NCBI RefSeq assembly: GCF_963921235.1
Contig: NC_086109.1
Span: forward strand, 6,822,001 to 6,886,000
From: Mobula hypostoma
Taxonomy: Eukaryota
Length of the DNA: 64,000 nt
Direction: 5' to 3'
In this document: positions 23,269 through 34,701 of the stretch, piece after piece
How positions within the stretch are numbered: position 1 is the stretch's first letter
Layout of the letters: each line of letters starts with the position of its first letter
Made by a program: the position numbers and the translations under genes
The notes under the pieces: model-generated
Database searches by the model: none
Seen by the model: only the letters and a program-made list of their open reading frames with translations
What the model was told of the DNA's origin: nothing

Positions 23269-25652
23269 CACCCCACAACACATGTACAGAGAAACGGGAC
23301 GAGTAACACCCCACAACACATGTACAGAAATACGGGACGAGTAACACCCCACAACACATGTACAGAGAAACGGGACGAGTAACACCCCACAACACATGTA
23401 CAGAGAAACGGGATGAGTAACACCCCACAACACATGTACAGAAATACGGGACGAGTAACACCCCACAACACATGTACAGAAATACGGGACGAGTTACACC
23501 CCACAACACAGATACAGAGAGACGGGACGAGTAACACCCCATAACACGTATACAGAGAGACGGGACAAGTCACACCCCACAACACGTATACAGAGAGACG
23601 GGACGAGTCACACCCCACAACACATACACAGAGAGGGGAGACGAGTTACACCCCACAACACATACACAGAGAAACGGATGAGTTACACCCCACAACACAT
23701 ACACAGAGAGGGGAGACGAGTTACACCCCACAACACATGCACAGAGAGACGGGACGAGTTACACACCACAACACATACACAGAGAGACGGGATGAGTTAC
23801 ACCCCACAACACATACACAGAGAGACGGGACGAGTTACACCCCACAACACATGTACAGAGAGACAGGACGAGTTACACCCCACAACACATACACAGAGAG
23901 GGGAGACGAGTTACACCCCACAACACATGTACAGAGAGACGGGACGAGTTACACCCCACAACATATACACAGAGAGACGGGACGAGTTACATCCCACAAC
24001 ACATTCACAGAGAGACAGGACGAGTTACACCCCACAACACATTCACAGAGAGACAGGACGAGTTACACCCCACAACACATGTCCAGAGAGACGGGACGAG
24101 TTACACCCCACAACACATACACAGAGAGACGGGACGAGTTACACCCCACAACACAGATACAGAGAGTGGAGACGAGTTACACCCCACAACACATACACAG
24201 AGAGACGGGACGAGTTACACCCCACAACACATATACAGAGAGACGGGACGAGTCACACCCCAAAACACACACAGAGAGGGGAGACGAGTTACACCCCACA
24301 ACACATGTACAGAGAGACGGGACGAGTTACACCCCACAACACATACACAGAGAGACGGGACGAGTTACACCCCACAACACAGATACAGAGAGTGGAGACG
24401 AGTTACACCCCACAACACGTATACAGAGAGACGGGACGAGTTACACCCCACAACACATGTACAGAGAGATGGGACGAGTTACACCCCACAACACATATAC
24501 AGAGAGACGGGACGAGTCACACCCCAAAACACATACACAGAGAGGGGAGACGAGTTACACCCCACAACACATACACAGAGAGGAGAGATGAATTATACCC
24601 CACAACACATACACAGAGAGACGGGACGAGTTACACCCCACAACACATACACAGAGAGACGGGACGAGTTACACCCCACAACACATACACAGAGAGACGG
24701 GACGAGTTACATCCCACAACACATACACAGAGAGACGGGATGAGTTACACCCCACAACACATATACAGAGAGACGGGACGAGTCACACCCCACAACACAT
24801 ACACAGAGAGACGGGACGAGTTACACCTCACAACACATACACAGAGAGGGGAGACGAGTTACACCCCACAGCACATACACAGAGAAACGGATGAGTTACA
24901 CCCCACAACACATACACAGAGAGACGGGACGAGTTACACCCCACAACACATACACAGAGAGACGGGACGAGTTACACCCCACAACACATACACAGAGAGA
25001 TGGGACGAGTTACACCCCACAACACATACATAGAGAGGGGAGACGAGTTACACCCCACAACACATATACAGAGGGACAGGACGAGTTACACCCCACAACA
25101 CATGTATAGAGAGGGGAGACGAGTTACACTCCACAACACATACAGAGAGAAACGGACGAGTTACACCCCACAACACATACACAGAGAGACGGGACGAGTT
25201 ACACCCCACAACACATACACAGAGAGACGGGACGAGTTACACCCCACAACACATACAGAGAGAAACGGACGAGTTACACCCCACAACACATACACAGAGA
25301 GACGGGACGAGTTACACCCCACAACACATATACAGAGAGATGGGACAAGTTACACCCCACAACACATACACAGAGAGACGGGACGAGTCACACCCCACAA
25401 CACGTATACAGAGAGATGGGACGAGTCACACCCCACAACACATACACAGAGAGACGGGACGAGTTACACTCCACAACACATACACAGAGAAACGGACGAG
25501 TTACACCCCACAACACATACACAGAGAGACGGGATGAGTTACACCCCACAACACATATACAGAGAGATGGGACGAGTTACACCTCAGAACACAGATACAG
25601 AGAGATGGGACGAGTTACACCTCACAACACAGATACAGAAAGGGGAGATGAG
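23269..25652. repeat. Minisatellite, 38 bp unit, ~60 copies
   Basis: Unit acaccccacaacacatacacagagagacgggacgagtt. The ORFs repeat every 38 aa (3 x 38 nt). Confidence 0.96.
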
Positions 25653-28600
25653 TTTTGTGGCTTGTTTTGTTCTTGTTGCTTTGTTGCTTATTCTGCCAAG
25701 CATTGTGCGCTTGCTCTGCTGACTCTAAACTGCCCGTGGTGCATGGGTGAGGGCTAGAATCTTGGGGGGGGTGGGTAGAGGGGGTGAGTTTGTGGGAATG
25801 TCAGAATAAAAACTGAGAACAATCGAGGATGAGTGTGATGACACTTGTGGGCTGCCCCCAGCACATCCTTGGCTATGTTGGTTGTTAACACAAATGACGC
25901 ATTTCACTCTGTGTTTCAGTATACACGTGATAAGGTTCCTTACGGTTGTTATAGCCAGGGGTGATGGTAGGGATAAGCTCCCATTACCGATTAGATGCTC
26001 CTATTGGCGTGCATCTCAAATAACCTCTGTAAACCAAGTCCAGCTCCTGACCTTCATGTGTGGCTTAGCTACTAAGCCCAGTGGAACGTTTCTACCGACA
26101 GGAGAAGGGGCAAAGATGGGCTACTGGTGCCTTATAAGCCGTCGCTTCAGGCAGATTGGGCTCGTCAACCATGGTTGGCGCTCATCTAGGAGAAGGAAAA
26201 CTCTGATCTCAAATCTCCACTGGCCTTGCAGTTATATCCACTCATGGAGAAGACTTTGGGAGTAAACCCTGAGGGAAAAATCTAGAGCTGGAGTTGCTAA
26301 GGCCATCCTACATTGAGTTCAAAGCTGACTGGCAACTCCTGCGATGCCTCTGGTGCCAAACTGTATCGGTCTCTGCCAATCCTCTGGATTCATCAGCTTT
26401 GTGAAGAGGAGGAGCTTGCTACATGGACAACAGCTTGCTCTCCATATTGTACTACCCTGGCTTGCGTATCACGTAGACAGCAAGGATGCAGCATCTATGG
26501 TCTACCCTCAGCAATGCAGGCCTCAGGAGATGAGATAAGTAAACCTGAATCTGATCTGATCTGTTGCTCCAGTAGGACTCAATCAACAATAACTTTGGAG
26601 TTGTACTTGTATAGTTTAGAAAGGGACTTTTTAGCTCACTTTAGAACCCCAACCTTCTGTGTAGGAAATCAAGCAAGGCCTGCAAGGTTCCGTGCTGACA
26701 TGCGCCAAGTTAGTCTACATGGATCTAAGGCATCGATCCAGTCCAGCGTTGTTGGTTGGGTCTCTGCACTGAGCTCTCACAAAACCGCGACGTAATCCTC
26801 AGCCTTCTGTTTGCTTAACACCAGCTCACAGTCATGGTGGGGGTATAGGTCGGGGAGTCCTCGGGAAACCTCCCTCACAGCAGAGGTAGATGAACGGAGA
26901 CGAGGAGAAGCACACGCAGAATGCTGCAGGAACTCAGGTGGTCAGGCAGCATCTGTGGAAAGGAATAAGCAGTCGATGCTTTGGGCTGAGACCGTGCATC
27001 AGGAGATGAGGTGGAACTGCTTTTCCCAGACGGTAGCGGATCTGAGGAATTCTTGGCCCAGGGAAGCAGAACGGCCTCTACCTCGTTGAATATAGTTAAT
27101 GCACAGTTAGATTTTTCTTTAGTAGGGGAATTAACAATTCTTTTGTTCTCCTTACACTTGTGTATTGAAGAATGACAATAAATAATCCTGAATCTAGAAG
27201 AGTTCTGCAGAAAAGGCAGATAGGTGGAGTTGAGTCCATGGCCAGATCAGCCATGATCTTATTGACTAGCAGAACAGTCTTGATGGGACAAATGGCCTAC
27301 TCCTGCTCCTATTTCTACGTTCTCATAAAAGTAGGGGGCACAGATTTAGAGAGGAGCTGAAGGGGGCCTATTTCACCCAGAGTAATTGGAATACACTGAT
27401 GGAAAGACAGTGGAACCAGAGACACAGGAGAGTGCCGATGCTGGAACCTGGAGCATCAGGGAAATTTGCGGGAGGAACTCAGCAAGTTGAACAGCATCCG
27501 TAGGGGGAAGAAACTGTTCAGGTTGAAATCCTACACCAGGACTGATGAGGAATGGTTTTGACACAAAATATCTACAGCTCCTTTCCACCCTCAGATGCTG
27601 TTCAACCCTTTGGCTCCTCCAGCAAGTTTCATAACATAGGACATTGACCTACAATGTTGTGCCAACCTTTTACCCTACTCCAAGACCAACCTAACCCTGC
27701 CCTTCCACAGCTGTTTGTTGCGGTGACCCCAGAGACACTGGCAGCACTTTTTAAGAAGTGTCTGATCGAGTGAACAGCCAGAGACACCTTCCCAGGGTGG
27801 AAGTGGCAAATACGAGTGGGCATAATTTCAAGGAGATCGGAAGAAAGAATAGGAGGATGTCAAAGGTAGGCTTTTACATGTGTGTGGAACGCGCTGTCCG
27901 GGGTGGTGGTAGTGGTTGATACGTTAGGGACCTTTAAGGGACTCTTAGATGGGCACATGGTTGATAGAAAAATAGAGAGATATGTCGGATGGGAAAGGTT
28001 AGATCGATCTTAGAGTAAGTTTTAAAGTCAGTACAACATTGTCGGCCAAAGGGCCTGTGGTGTGTTGTAATGGTCTATGTTCTATGCCTGAAAGAGAAAC
28101 TGGACTCCCTAAGCTTAGAAGGCGATAGGAATAGAACTGGCGGATGGGATTAATGCTGGCCAGTGGACCTGATGGGCAGAATGGCCTGTGTATGAATGAC
28201 TACATGATGAATACTAGAGCCTGACTAAATTGGTCGTGTTTGTTCCTTGTCTGGCTGGTGACAGCTGCATCGAGGCTGCCTGTGCAAATGGAAATGCTAA
28301 CTTCCTTCAAAATGAGGAAAGATGCCACTCGGCACAATGTGGCACCGAGGCAGGTTGGAGATCTTTGGCGGGGAGCTGGGTGCTTGGTCAATGGGGTGGG
28401 GGAGGGTGGTTGTGGAAATACTTTCAGGGAGGGGGGAGAGGAGACATGCCCAATCCTCATTCCTAACGCTCCTGCTCCGGAAAGGAATGATTTCCCAGGT
28501 CCTGCTTGCCATCGCAAGACTCTTTTTGCGATTAAAGGTAGATCAGTTTTATTTGTTGTGTGCACATTGAAAAATACAGTAAAATATACTGTTTGCATCA

Positions 28601-29699
28601 AGGATATGTGAGGGGCAGCCCACAAGTGTTGCCATATTAACTGTGCCAACATTGCATGCCCACAATCTACCAACCTTAACGGTACGTTTGGAATGTGGGA
28701 GGAAACCTGAGCACCCGGAGGAAACCCACATGGACATGGGGGAAAGTACAAGCTCCTTGCACACATCAGCGGGAATTTGAACCCTGATCTTACCGCTGGA
28801 AAGCGTCACGCTAACCACTACACTACCATGCCACCCCATTGTCCTGCCTCCTTCCCATAGCCTTTGATGCTCTCACTAATCAATAACCTATCAACCTCTG
28901 CTTTAAATCTCCCAGTGAATTGTGACAATGAATTCCTTAGGTTCTCCACCCAGGGTAATACAGATGCCTGCTGTCCTGTCCAGTGAGATGGTCTGCCCAA
29001 TAAAGAATATAATACATACAGTGGGAGCAGTATTAGGCCATTCGGTCCATTGAGTCTGCTCTGCCATTCCATCATGGCTGGTTTATTATCCCCCTCAACC
29101 CCACTCTCTTCCCTTATCCCCAGTAACCTCTGATGCCCCTACTAATCAAGAACCTATCCGCCTCTGCCTCAAATGTACCCAATGACTTGACCTCCACAGC
29201 CATCTGCGGCAATGAATTCCACAGATTCACCACCGTCTGGCTCAAGAAATTCCTCTTCATTTCTGTCCTAAATGGATGTCCTCGCATTCTGAGGATGTGC
29301 CCTCTGATCTGAGACTACCCCACTATAGGAAACATGCTTTCCACGTCCTCTCTTTCTAGGCCTTTCAATATTTGATAAGGATGGTCAATTAATCTCAGTG
29401 ACACTGCTACCCAAGAAGGAATAACAGCAAGAGCATGTGTGGACTCTCCAAGAGGACCACAACCTTGCTGCTGGGTTTGTACGACTCGGAGAGCTATGTT
29501 GGCTGGAGTCAGGACTTCATGCTTTGGCTCCTGATAGGGTCACTCATACTAAACAGGTCAAAGAGTAGAGGCCAGACTAAGAGTTGGTCAACTAGATCTC
29601 CAGGTTCAGGGGTTCAGATCGGGACTGACGACCCTGACCGGTAAAACAAAACTGTTACGGAACCAGCAATGAAGAATCCTTCTACATCTGAGTGTGATG

Positions 29700-30552
29700 T
29701 GTTACGAGAATACACATAAAATTAAGATGTTTGCTGGCCTGGGTTAGCATCAGTGACATCAGCAAGTGGTCTGCCACCTGCTCTCAGGGGAAGGAGAGAT
29801 AAGGAACAATGGAGCAGTGTCTGGAGATGTGTAATGAAGGGACGTGGGAGAGAGAGCTGTCTGGAGCGGCTCCCCCTTTGAACCCTGAACTGTTTGAAGT
29901 GATGGACAGGCGATACCCCAGCAGGGGGATAAAAAGGGACAGGTTCGCTAAGACAGACACACACGCCACCCGAGGTAACGGGACCCTGGAAGCGGTGCAC
30001 CTCTCACGAGTGGGTGAGAAGTATCAGACAACGACCAGGGTGGAAAGGTACGATCAGCGGGAACCCGGTGTGTGTCTGCCCTTGCCTGGGTGCCGGGTTC
30101 ACTGCAGAGGATCGACCGCATCTGGAGGAGGGGTCACAGTCGGTGACCTCAGGTGACATCACAAAGGACCCGCCCAAAAGCTGCTTGTGAGCATCTCGCC
30201 AGTCTGTGAGTGAAGCAGTGTTCTGAATGATCAGTTGTTCCTGTTCTATCTCTCTCTTCCCCCACGTTGTCCATCGCCATGGCAACGATTACTGCGAACT
30301 GAACTGGACTGAACTTTGAGTCATTTTGAAATTTGGTCATTTACCCTTAGACAACGATAGAGCTTGATTGATGCTGTTATCTTAATTCTGTGCACATGTG
30401 CGTTTATCATCGCTGAACTGTTGCATTTATTATCCTTTCGATTACTGTGTTGCTTGTTTCTTTAATAAAACTTTCTTAGTTCTAGTACTCCAGACTCCAA
30501 CTGAGTGATCCATTTCTGCTGGTTTGGCAACCCAGTTACGGGGTACGTAACA
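29700..30552 (+). repeat. 5' LTR
   Basis: TG...CA termini with a TGTTACG/CGTAACA inverted repeat, AATAAA at 30464, and a PBS downstream. Confidence 0.95.
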
Positions 30553-30651
30553 TAAGTGGGGTTCTCGTCCGCGATTTTGAACGCTAAATTTGGGACGGAG
30601 TAAATTGATTGGGTTAAAATTCCCGAAAGAAAGAAAAGACAAACAGCAGAA

Positions 30652-33441
30652 ATGGAGGTTGAGGAATTTATAAAGGCGCCCACCTTGGAGGCATTAGAGG
30701 ATGCCAGGAAATCGGAATTGATAGCTGTGGCCAAACGGTTGAATCTTGCTAAGGTGAAGTCGACAATGAGGAGAGAGGAGATACACAGAGCTATTGTAGA
30801 GCAATATGTATCTAAAGGTGTGTTTCCCCAAGGTGAGCTGGGGGTGGTGTCTATTGAAAAACCTGCTGGAGACGCAGTACAGGTACAGCTTGAAAAACTG
30901 AGACCCGAGCACGAGTTCCGGGTACGGCAGTTAGAACACGAAGAGAAGGAGAGAGAGCTAGAAAGGCAAGAGAGAGAAAGACAGTTAGAGAGAGAGGAGA
31001 AAGAGAGGCAATGGGAGCGAGAAGAGAGAGAGAAACAGAGGGAAAGGGAATTTGAGCTGGAGAAGTTAAAGATAAGGGCCGAGCAGGGGCTCGTGCCGAA
31101 CCAAGGTGGAGGGTTCCGGGCGACCCAGGAGGTTAGGCTGGTTCCCCCATTTGACGATACCGACGTGGATCGGTACTTCCTCCACTTCGAAAAAGTGGCT
31201 ATAAGTCAGGACTGGCCGAGGGATAAGTGGGTTGTCTTACTTCAGAGTGTACTGAAAGGGAAGGCCCAAGAAGCTTACTCAGCTTTGTCCGCGGAAGATG
31301 CCCAGAGGTATGAGGTGGTGAAAGAGGCCATCCTCAGGATTTATGAGTTGGTCCCGGAGGCATACCGGCAGAGGTTCCGGAATGCGAGGAAGCGGTGGGA
31401 CCGCACGTATTTGGAGTTTGCTCGTGAGATGCAAACATATTGTGAGCGTTGGTGCGCCTCGAAAGGGGTAGAGGGGGATTATGACAGACTGCTACAACTG
31501 ATCCTGATTGAGCAGTTTAAAGGTTGTGTCCCTGAGGGTATGAGACCCTACCTCGATGAGAAAGAGGCAGCCACGTTAGCCGCAACTGCTAAGTTAGCGG
31601 ATGAGTATGCGTTGACGCATAAAATGAAGTTTGCCCCGAGTAAAGGCTACCAGAAGGGTAGTCAGGATGGCAGGGAGAGTCCGCCGGAAAAGTCAGAAAG
31701 TAAGCCGGGGACTAGTGAAAAGGATAAGGTAGACCGGGAGCAGTCTGGTAGGAAGTCTCCTGGGGTCGTCTGTTATAATTGTGGGAAAGTCGGACACTTT
31801 GCGTCCAGGTGCTTTGCCCCAAGGAAGGAGACGGGGAAAGGAAAAGCGGAAATTTGGAATGGCTGTATCGAGCTGTTAAGCGAACCGCTAGGGAAGGACA
31901 GGTCTGAAAAAGTCCAGGAAGGGCGCGAGAGGTTTATCTCGGCCGGACTGGTGTCAGTGAAGGAGAGGTTAAAACCAGTTCCAGTGCGGATCTGGAGAGA
32001 CACGGGAGCGTGTCAGTCACTAATACTGAAGAGTGTATTAGAGTTTAGCTCAGAGACCCAGACTGGGGAGGTCAAAGTCAAAGGTGTTGGGGAAGGGACA
32101 GAGTCAATCCCTGTGCACCAGATACACTTACAAAGCAACCTGGTCTCTGGACTAGTCACGATCGGGGTGAGGTCCGAATTACCGATGAAAGACGTGGAAG
32201 TCTTGCTCGGTAATGACCTCGCCGGGGGAATCGTGTTCCCAGTCGTGAGATTGACAGGTCAGCCTGCCAGCATGGAGGCCCCGCCCGTGGACTCGCAGGT
32301 TTATCCCGTTTGCGCAGTAACTCGGCGGATGGCGAGGAAAGCTGCAGAGGCCGACATGAATTTAGCTGAAACATTTTTGCCAACCTTGTACGAGAAGGGG
32401 GTAGAAAATGGAAAGAAAGAGGGTAGTGAGACAAGTGGTAGTGAGGGAGCTGGGACGGACGTAGCAGTAGCCGGGAAAGAATTTGTGCAGACGCAGGAGC
32501 GAGACGAGGGGCTGATGGTTTTGGCAGAGACCGCTCTCTCTGACACAGCCTTGACAAGCTATTGTGCGGATGAGGAAGTGCTAAGGAAGAAAGGGAAATC
32601 AAGGACAGTATCCGCAGATGAGGAGTGGGGGGTGGTGCAAAAGAGTTATGGGGATGAGGTTTTTAAAATGGCCCACGAGGTACCCCCCAGTGGACATTTT
32701 GCAGTGCTGGAGGAAACAGTTGGTGGAATCATGAAAGAGATTTACCGGCTGCCCAGGAAAAAAAATGTTATTGATCATGACCGACGCGAACTGAGACGGT
32801 CACCGGCTTTTGATATGCTAACAAACCTAGTCGGTGTTAGCGTGGAAATCAATGAAGCTAGGGGCCCCCTGATAAGAGGAAAAACCCATTTTGAAAAGAT
32901 TAGAATGGGATCGGTGAGATGGGAGAAGGCTATTGTTTTGGCCAGGTCTACTGATAAGGTCTCTCCCTTAATCCCCGAACAAAGCGAATCTTTAGAAGGA
33001 GTAATTAAACGACTCGCACCCATGTGTTTGATTGTCCCGAGGAAATGCAAAGAACTGGGACGTTGGGTGATTGTGGTTACAATAGGGCAGCCAAGTAAAC
33101 AACACCCATATTTTTTGAGTAATTCAGTGACTAAAGGGCTAATGAACACAGAGGTGTGTATTGGCAATTTAATACGGCTGTCTGAAGCCAGTTTGATAGT
33201 GAACCTTGAAAAAAATGAATTCGGCCACACGAGGGTCACTTACCTGGGAATTGTGGTGACACAGGGGCAGCTGGCAGTGATGCAAGCTACAGTGCAGGCT
33301 ATCGCTGACCTCCCAACCCCGACAGACAAGAGGGCCCTCAGAAGGCTCTTGGAGATGGTGGGGTACTGCAGGAAGTTTTGCAATAACTCTGCGGTCAATA
33401 CCCGTCCCCCTCCTACTAAAGCCCTTGCGAGAGAAAATTGA
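30652..33441 (+). CDS. Gag (capsid/SCAN-like, CCHC knuckle)-protease polyprotein with degenerate integrase and RT remnants, 929 aa
   Basis: Coiled coil; LVPPF...YELVPEAYRQRFR...EQF capsid; CYNCGKVGHFASRC (31771); protease RDTGA (DTG 31999) and LLGND; IN zinc-finger remnant AHEVPPSGH; KQHPY; RT remnant EVCIGNL (YIDD position), VTYLG and GYCRKF. Confidence 0.9.
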   Translation: MEVEEFIKAPTLEALEDARKSELIAVAKRLNLAKVKSTMRREEIHRAIVEQYVSKGVFPQGELGVVSIEKPAGDAVQVQLEKLRPEHEFRVRQLEHEEKERELERQERERQLEREEKERQWEREEREKQREREFELEKLKIRAEQGLVPNQGGGFRATQEVRLVPPFDDTDVDRYFLHFEKVAISQDWPRDKWVVLLQSVLKGKAQEAYSALSAEDAQRYEVVKEAILRIYELVPEAYRQRFRNARKRWDRTYLEFAREMQTYCERWCASKGVEGDYDRLLQLILIEQFKGCVPEGMRPYLDEKEAATLAATAKLADEYALTHKMKFAPSKGYQKGSQDGRESPPEKSESKPGTSEKDKVDREQSGRKSPGVVCYNCGKVGHFASRCFAPRKETGKGKAEIWNGCIELLSEPLGKDRSEKVQEGRERFISAGLVSVKERLKPVPVRIWRDTGACQSLILKSVLEFSSETQTGEVKVKGVGEGTESIPVHQIHLQSNLVSGLVTIGVRSELPMKDVEVLLGNDLAGGIVFPVVRLTGQPASMEAPPVDSQVYPVCAVTRRMARKAAEADMNLAETFLPTLYEKGVENGKKEGSETSGSEGAGTDVAVAGKEFVQTQERDEGLMVLAETALSDTALTSYCADEEVLRKKGKSRTVSADEEWGVVQKSYGDEVFKMAHEVPPSGHFAVLEETVGGIMKEIYRLPRKKNVIDHDRRELRRSPAFDMLTNLVGVSVEINEARGPLIRGKTHFEKIRMGSVRWEKAIVLARSTDKVSPLIPEQSESLEGVIKRLAPMCLIVPRKCKELGRWVIVVTIGQPSKQHPYFLSNSVTKGLMNTEVCIGNLIRLSEASLIVNLEKNEFGHTRVTYLGIVVTQGQLAVMQATVQAIADLPTPTDKRALRRLLEMVGYCRKFCNNSAVNTRPPPTKALAREN

Positions 33442-33746
33442 GTCGGAATGGGACGACCCTTGTTATTGTGGTCCGGGACAAAACCAAATGAGAGGTTACA
33501 TTGGTCGCAATTCATCAGTGTTTTTGGCCACTATGAAGTTTGCTGAGTTGGAGCCTGGTCTAAGGGATTATTAATAACACGTGTAAAAGGAACAGAAAAT
33601 GTGATGACTGTCTGTCAAGGTGTTGACAGCTTCAAACTCGCTGTATTAGCCAAATAACTGATAAAGATGTATATTGTGTATGTATCAAATAATGTAGTCA
33701 TGTTTGTAATTTTTACCTCCCGGTAAAAATCCTTAAAGGGGGGAAG

Positions 33747-34602
33747 TGTTACGAGAATACACATAAAATTAAGATGTTGCTGGCCTGGGTTAGCATCAGT
33801 GACATCAGCAGTTGGTCTGCCACCTGCCCTCAGGGGAAGGAGAGATAAGGAACAATGGAGCAGCGTCTGGAGATGTGTAATGAAGGGACGTGGGAGAGAG
33901 AGAGAGCTGTCTGGAGCGGCTTCCCCCTTTGAACCCTGAACTGTTTGAAGTGATGGACAGGCGATACCCCAGCAGGGGGATAAAAAGGGACAGGTTCGCT
34001 AAGGCAACACACACGCCACCCGAGGTAACGGGACCCTGGAAGCGGTGCGCCTCTCACGAGTGGGTGAGAAGTATCAGACAACGACCAGGGTGGAAAGGTA
34101 CGATCAGCGGGAACCCGGTGTGTGTCCGCCCTTGCCTGGGTGCCGGGTTCACTGCAGAGGATCGACCGCATCTGGAGGAGGGGTCACAGTCGGTGACCTC
34201 AGGTGACATCACAAAGGACCCGCCCAAAAGCTGCTTGTGAGCATCTCGCCAGTCTGTGAGTGAAGCAGTGTTCTGAATGATCAGTTGTTCCTGTTCTATC
34301 TCTCTCTTCCCCCACGTTGTCCATCGCCATGGCAACGATTACTGCGAACTGAACTGGACTGAACTTTGAGTCATTTTGAAATTTGGTCATTTACCCTTAG
34401 ACAACGATAGAGCTTGATTGATGCTGTTATCTTAATTCTGTGCACATGTGCGTTTATCATCGCTGAACTGTTGCATTTATTATCCTTTCGATTACTGTGT
34501 TGCTTGTTTCTTTAATAAAACTTTCTTAGTTCTAGTACTCCAGACTCCAACTGAGTGATCCATTTCTGCTGGTTTGGCAACCCAGTTACGGGGTACGTAA
34601 CA
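33747..34602 (+). repeat. Middle (shared, chimeric) LTR
   Basis: Preceded by a PPT and followed by a PBS. Its 5' variants match LTR3 and its 3' variants match LTR1. Confidence 0.95.
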
Positions 34603-34701
34603 TAAGTGGGGTTCTCGTCCGCGATTTTGAACGCTAAATTTGGGACGGAGTAAATTGATTGGGTTAAAATTCCCGAAAGAAAGAAAAGACAAACAGCAGA
34701 A

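Noticed and set aside
23678..25722. Long repetitive ORFs (451, 284, 240 aa) and a CRISPR-like appearance
   Set aside because: The 38-bp head-to-tail units have no unique spacers, there are no cas genes and the context is eukaryotic. The ORFs reflect a stop-poor repeat unit.
30652..33441. Host SCAN-domain or domesticated gag gene
   Set aside because: It is flanked by LTRs, PBS, PPT and a TSD, and a related solo LTR lies nearby, so it is a mobile element.
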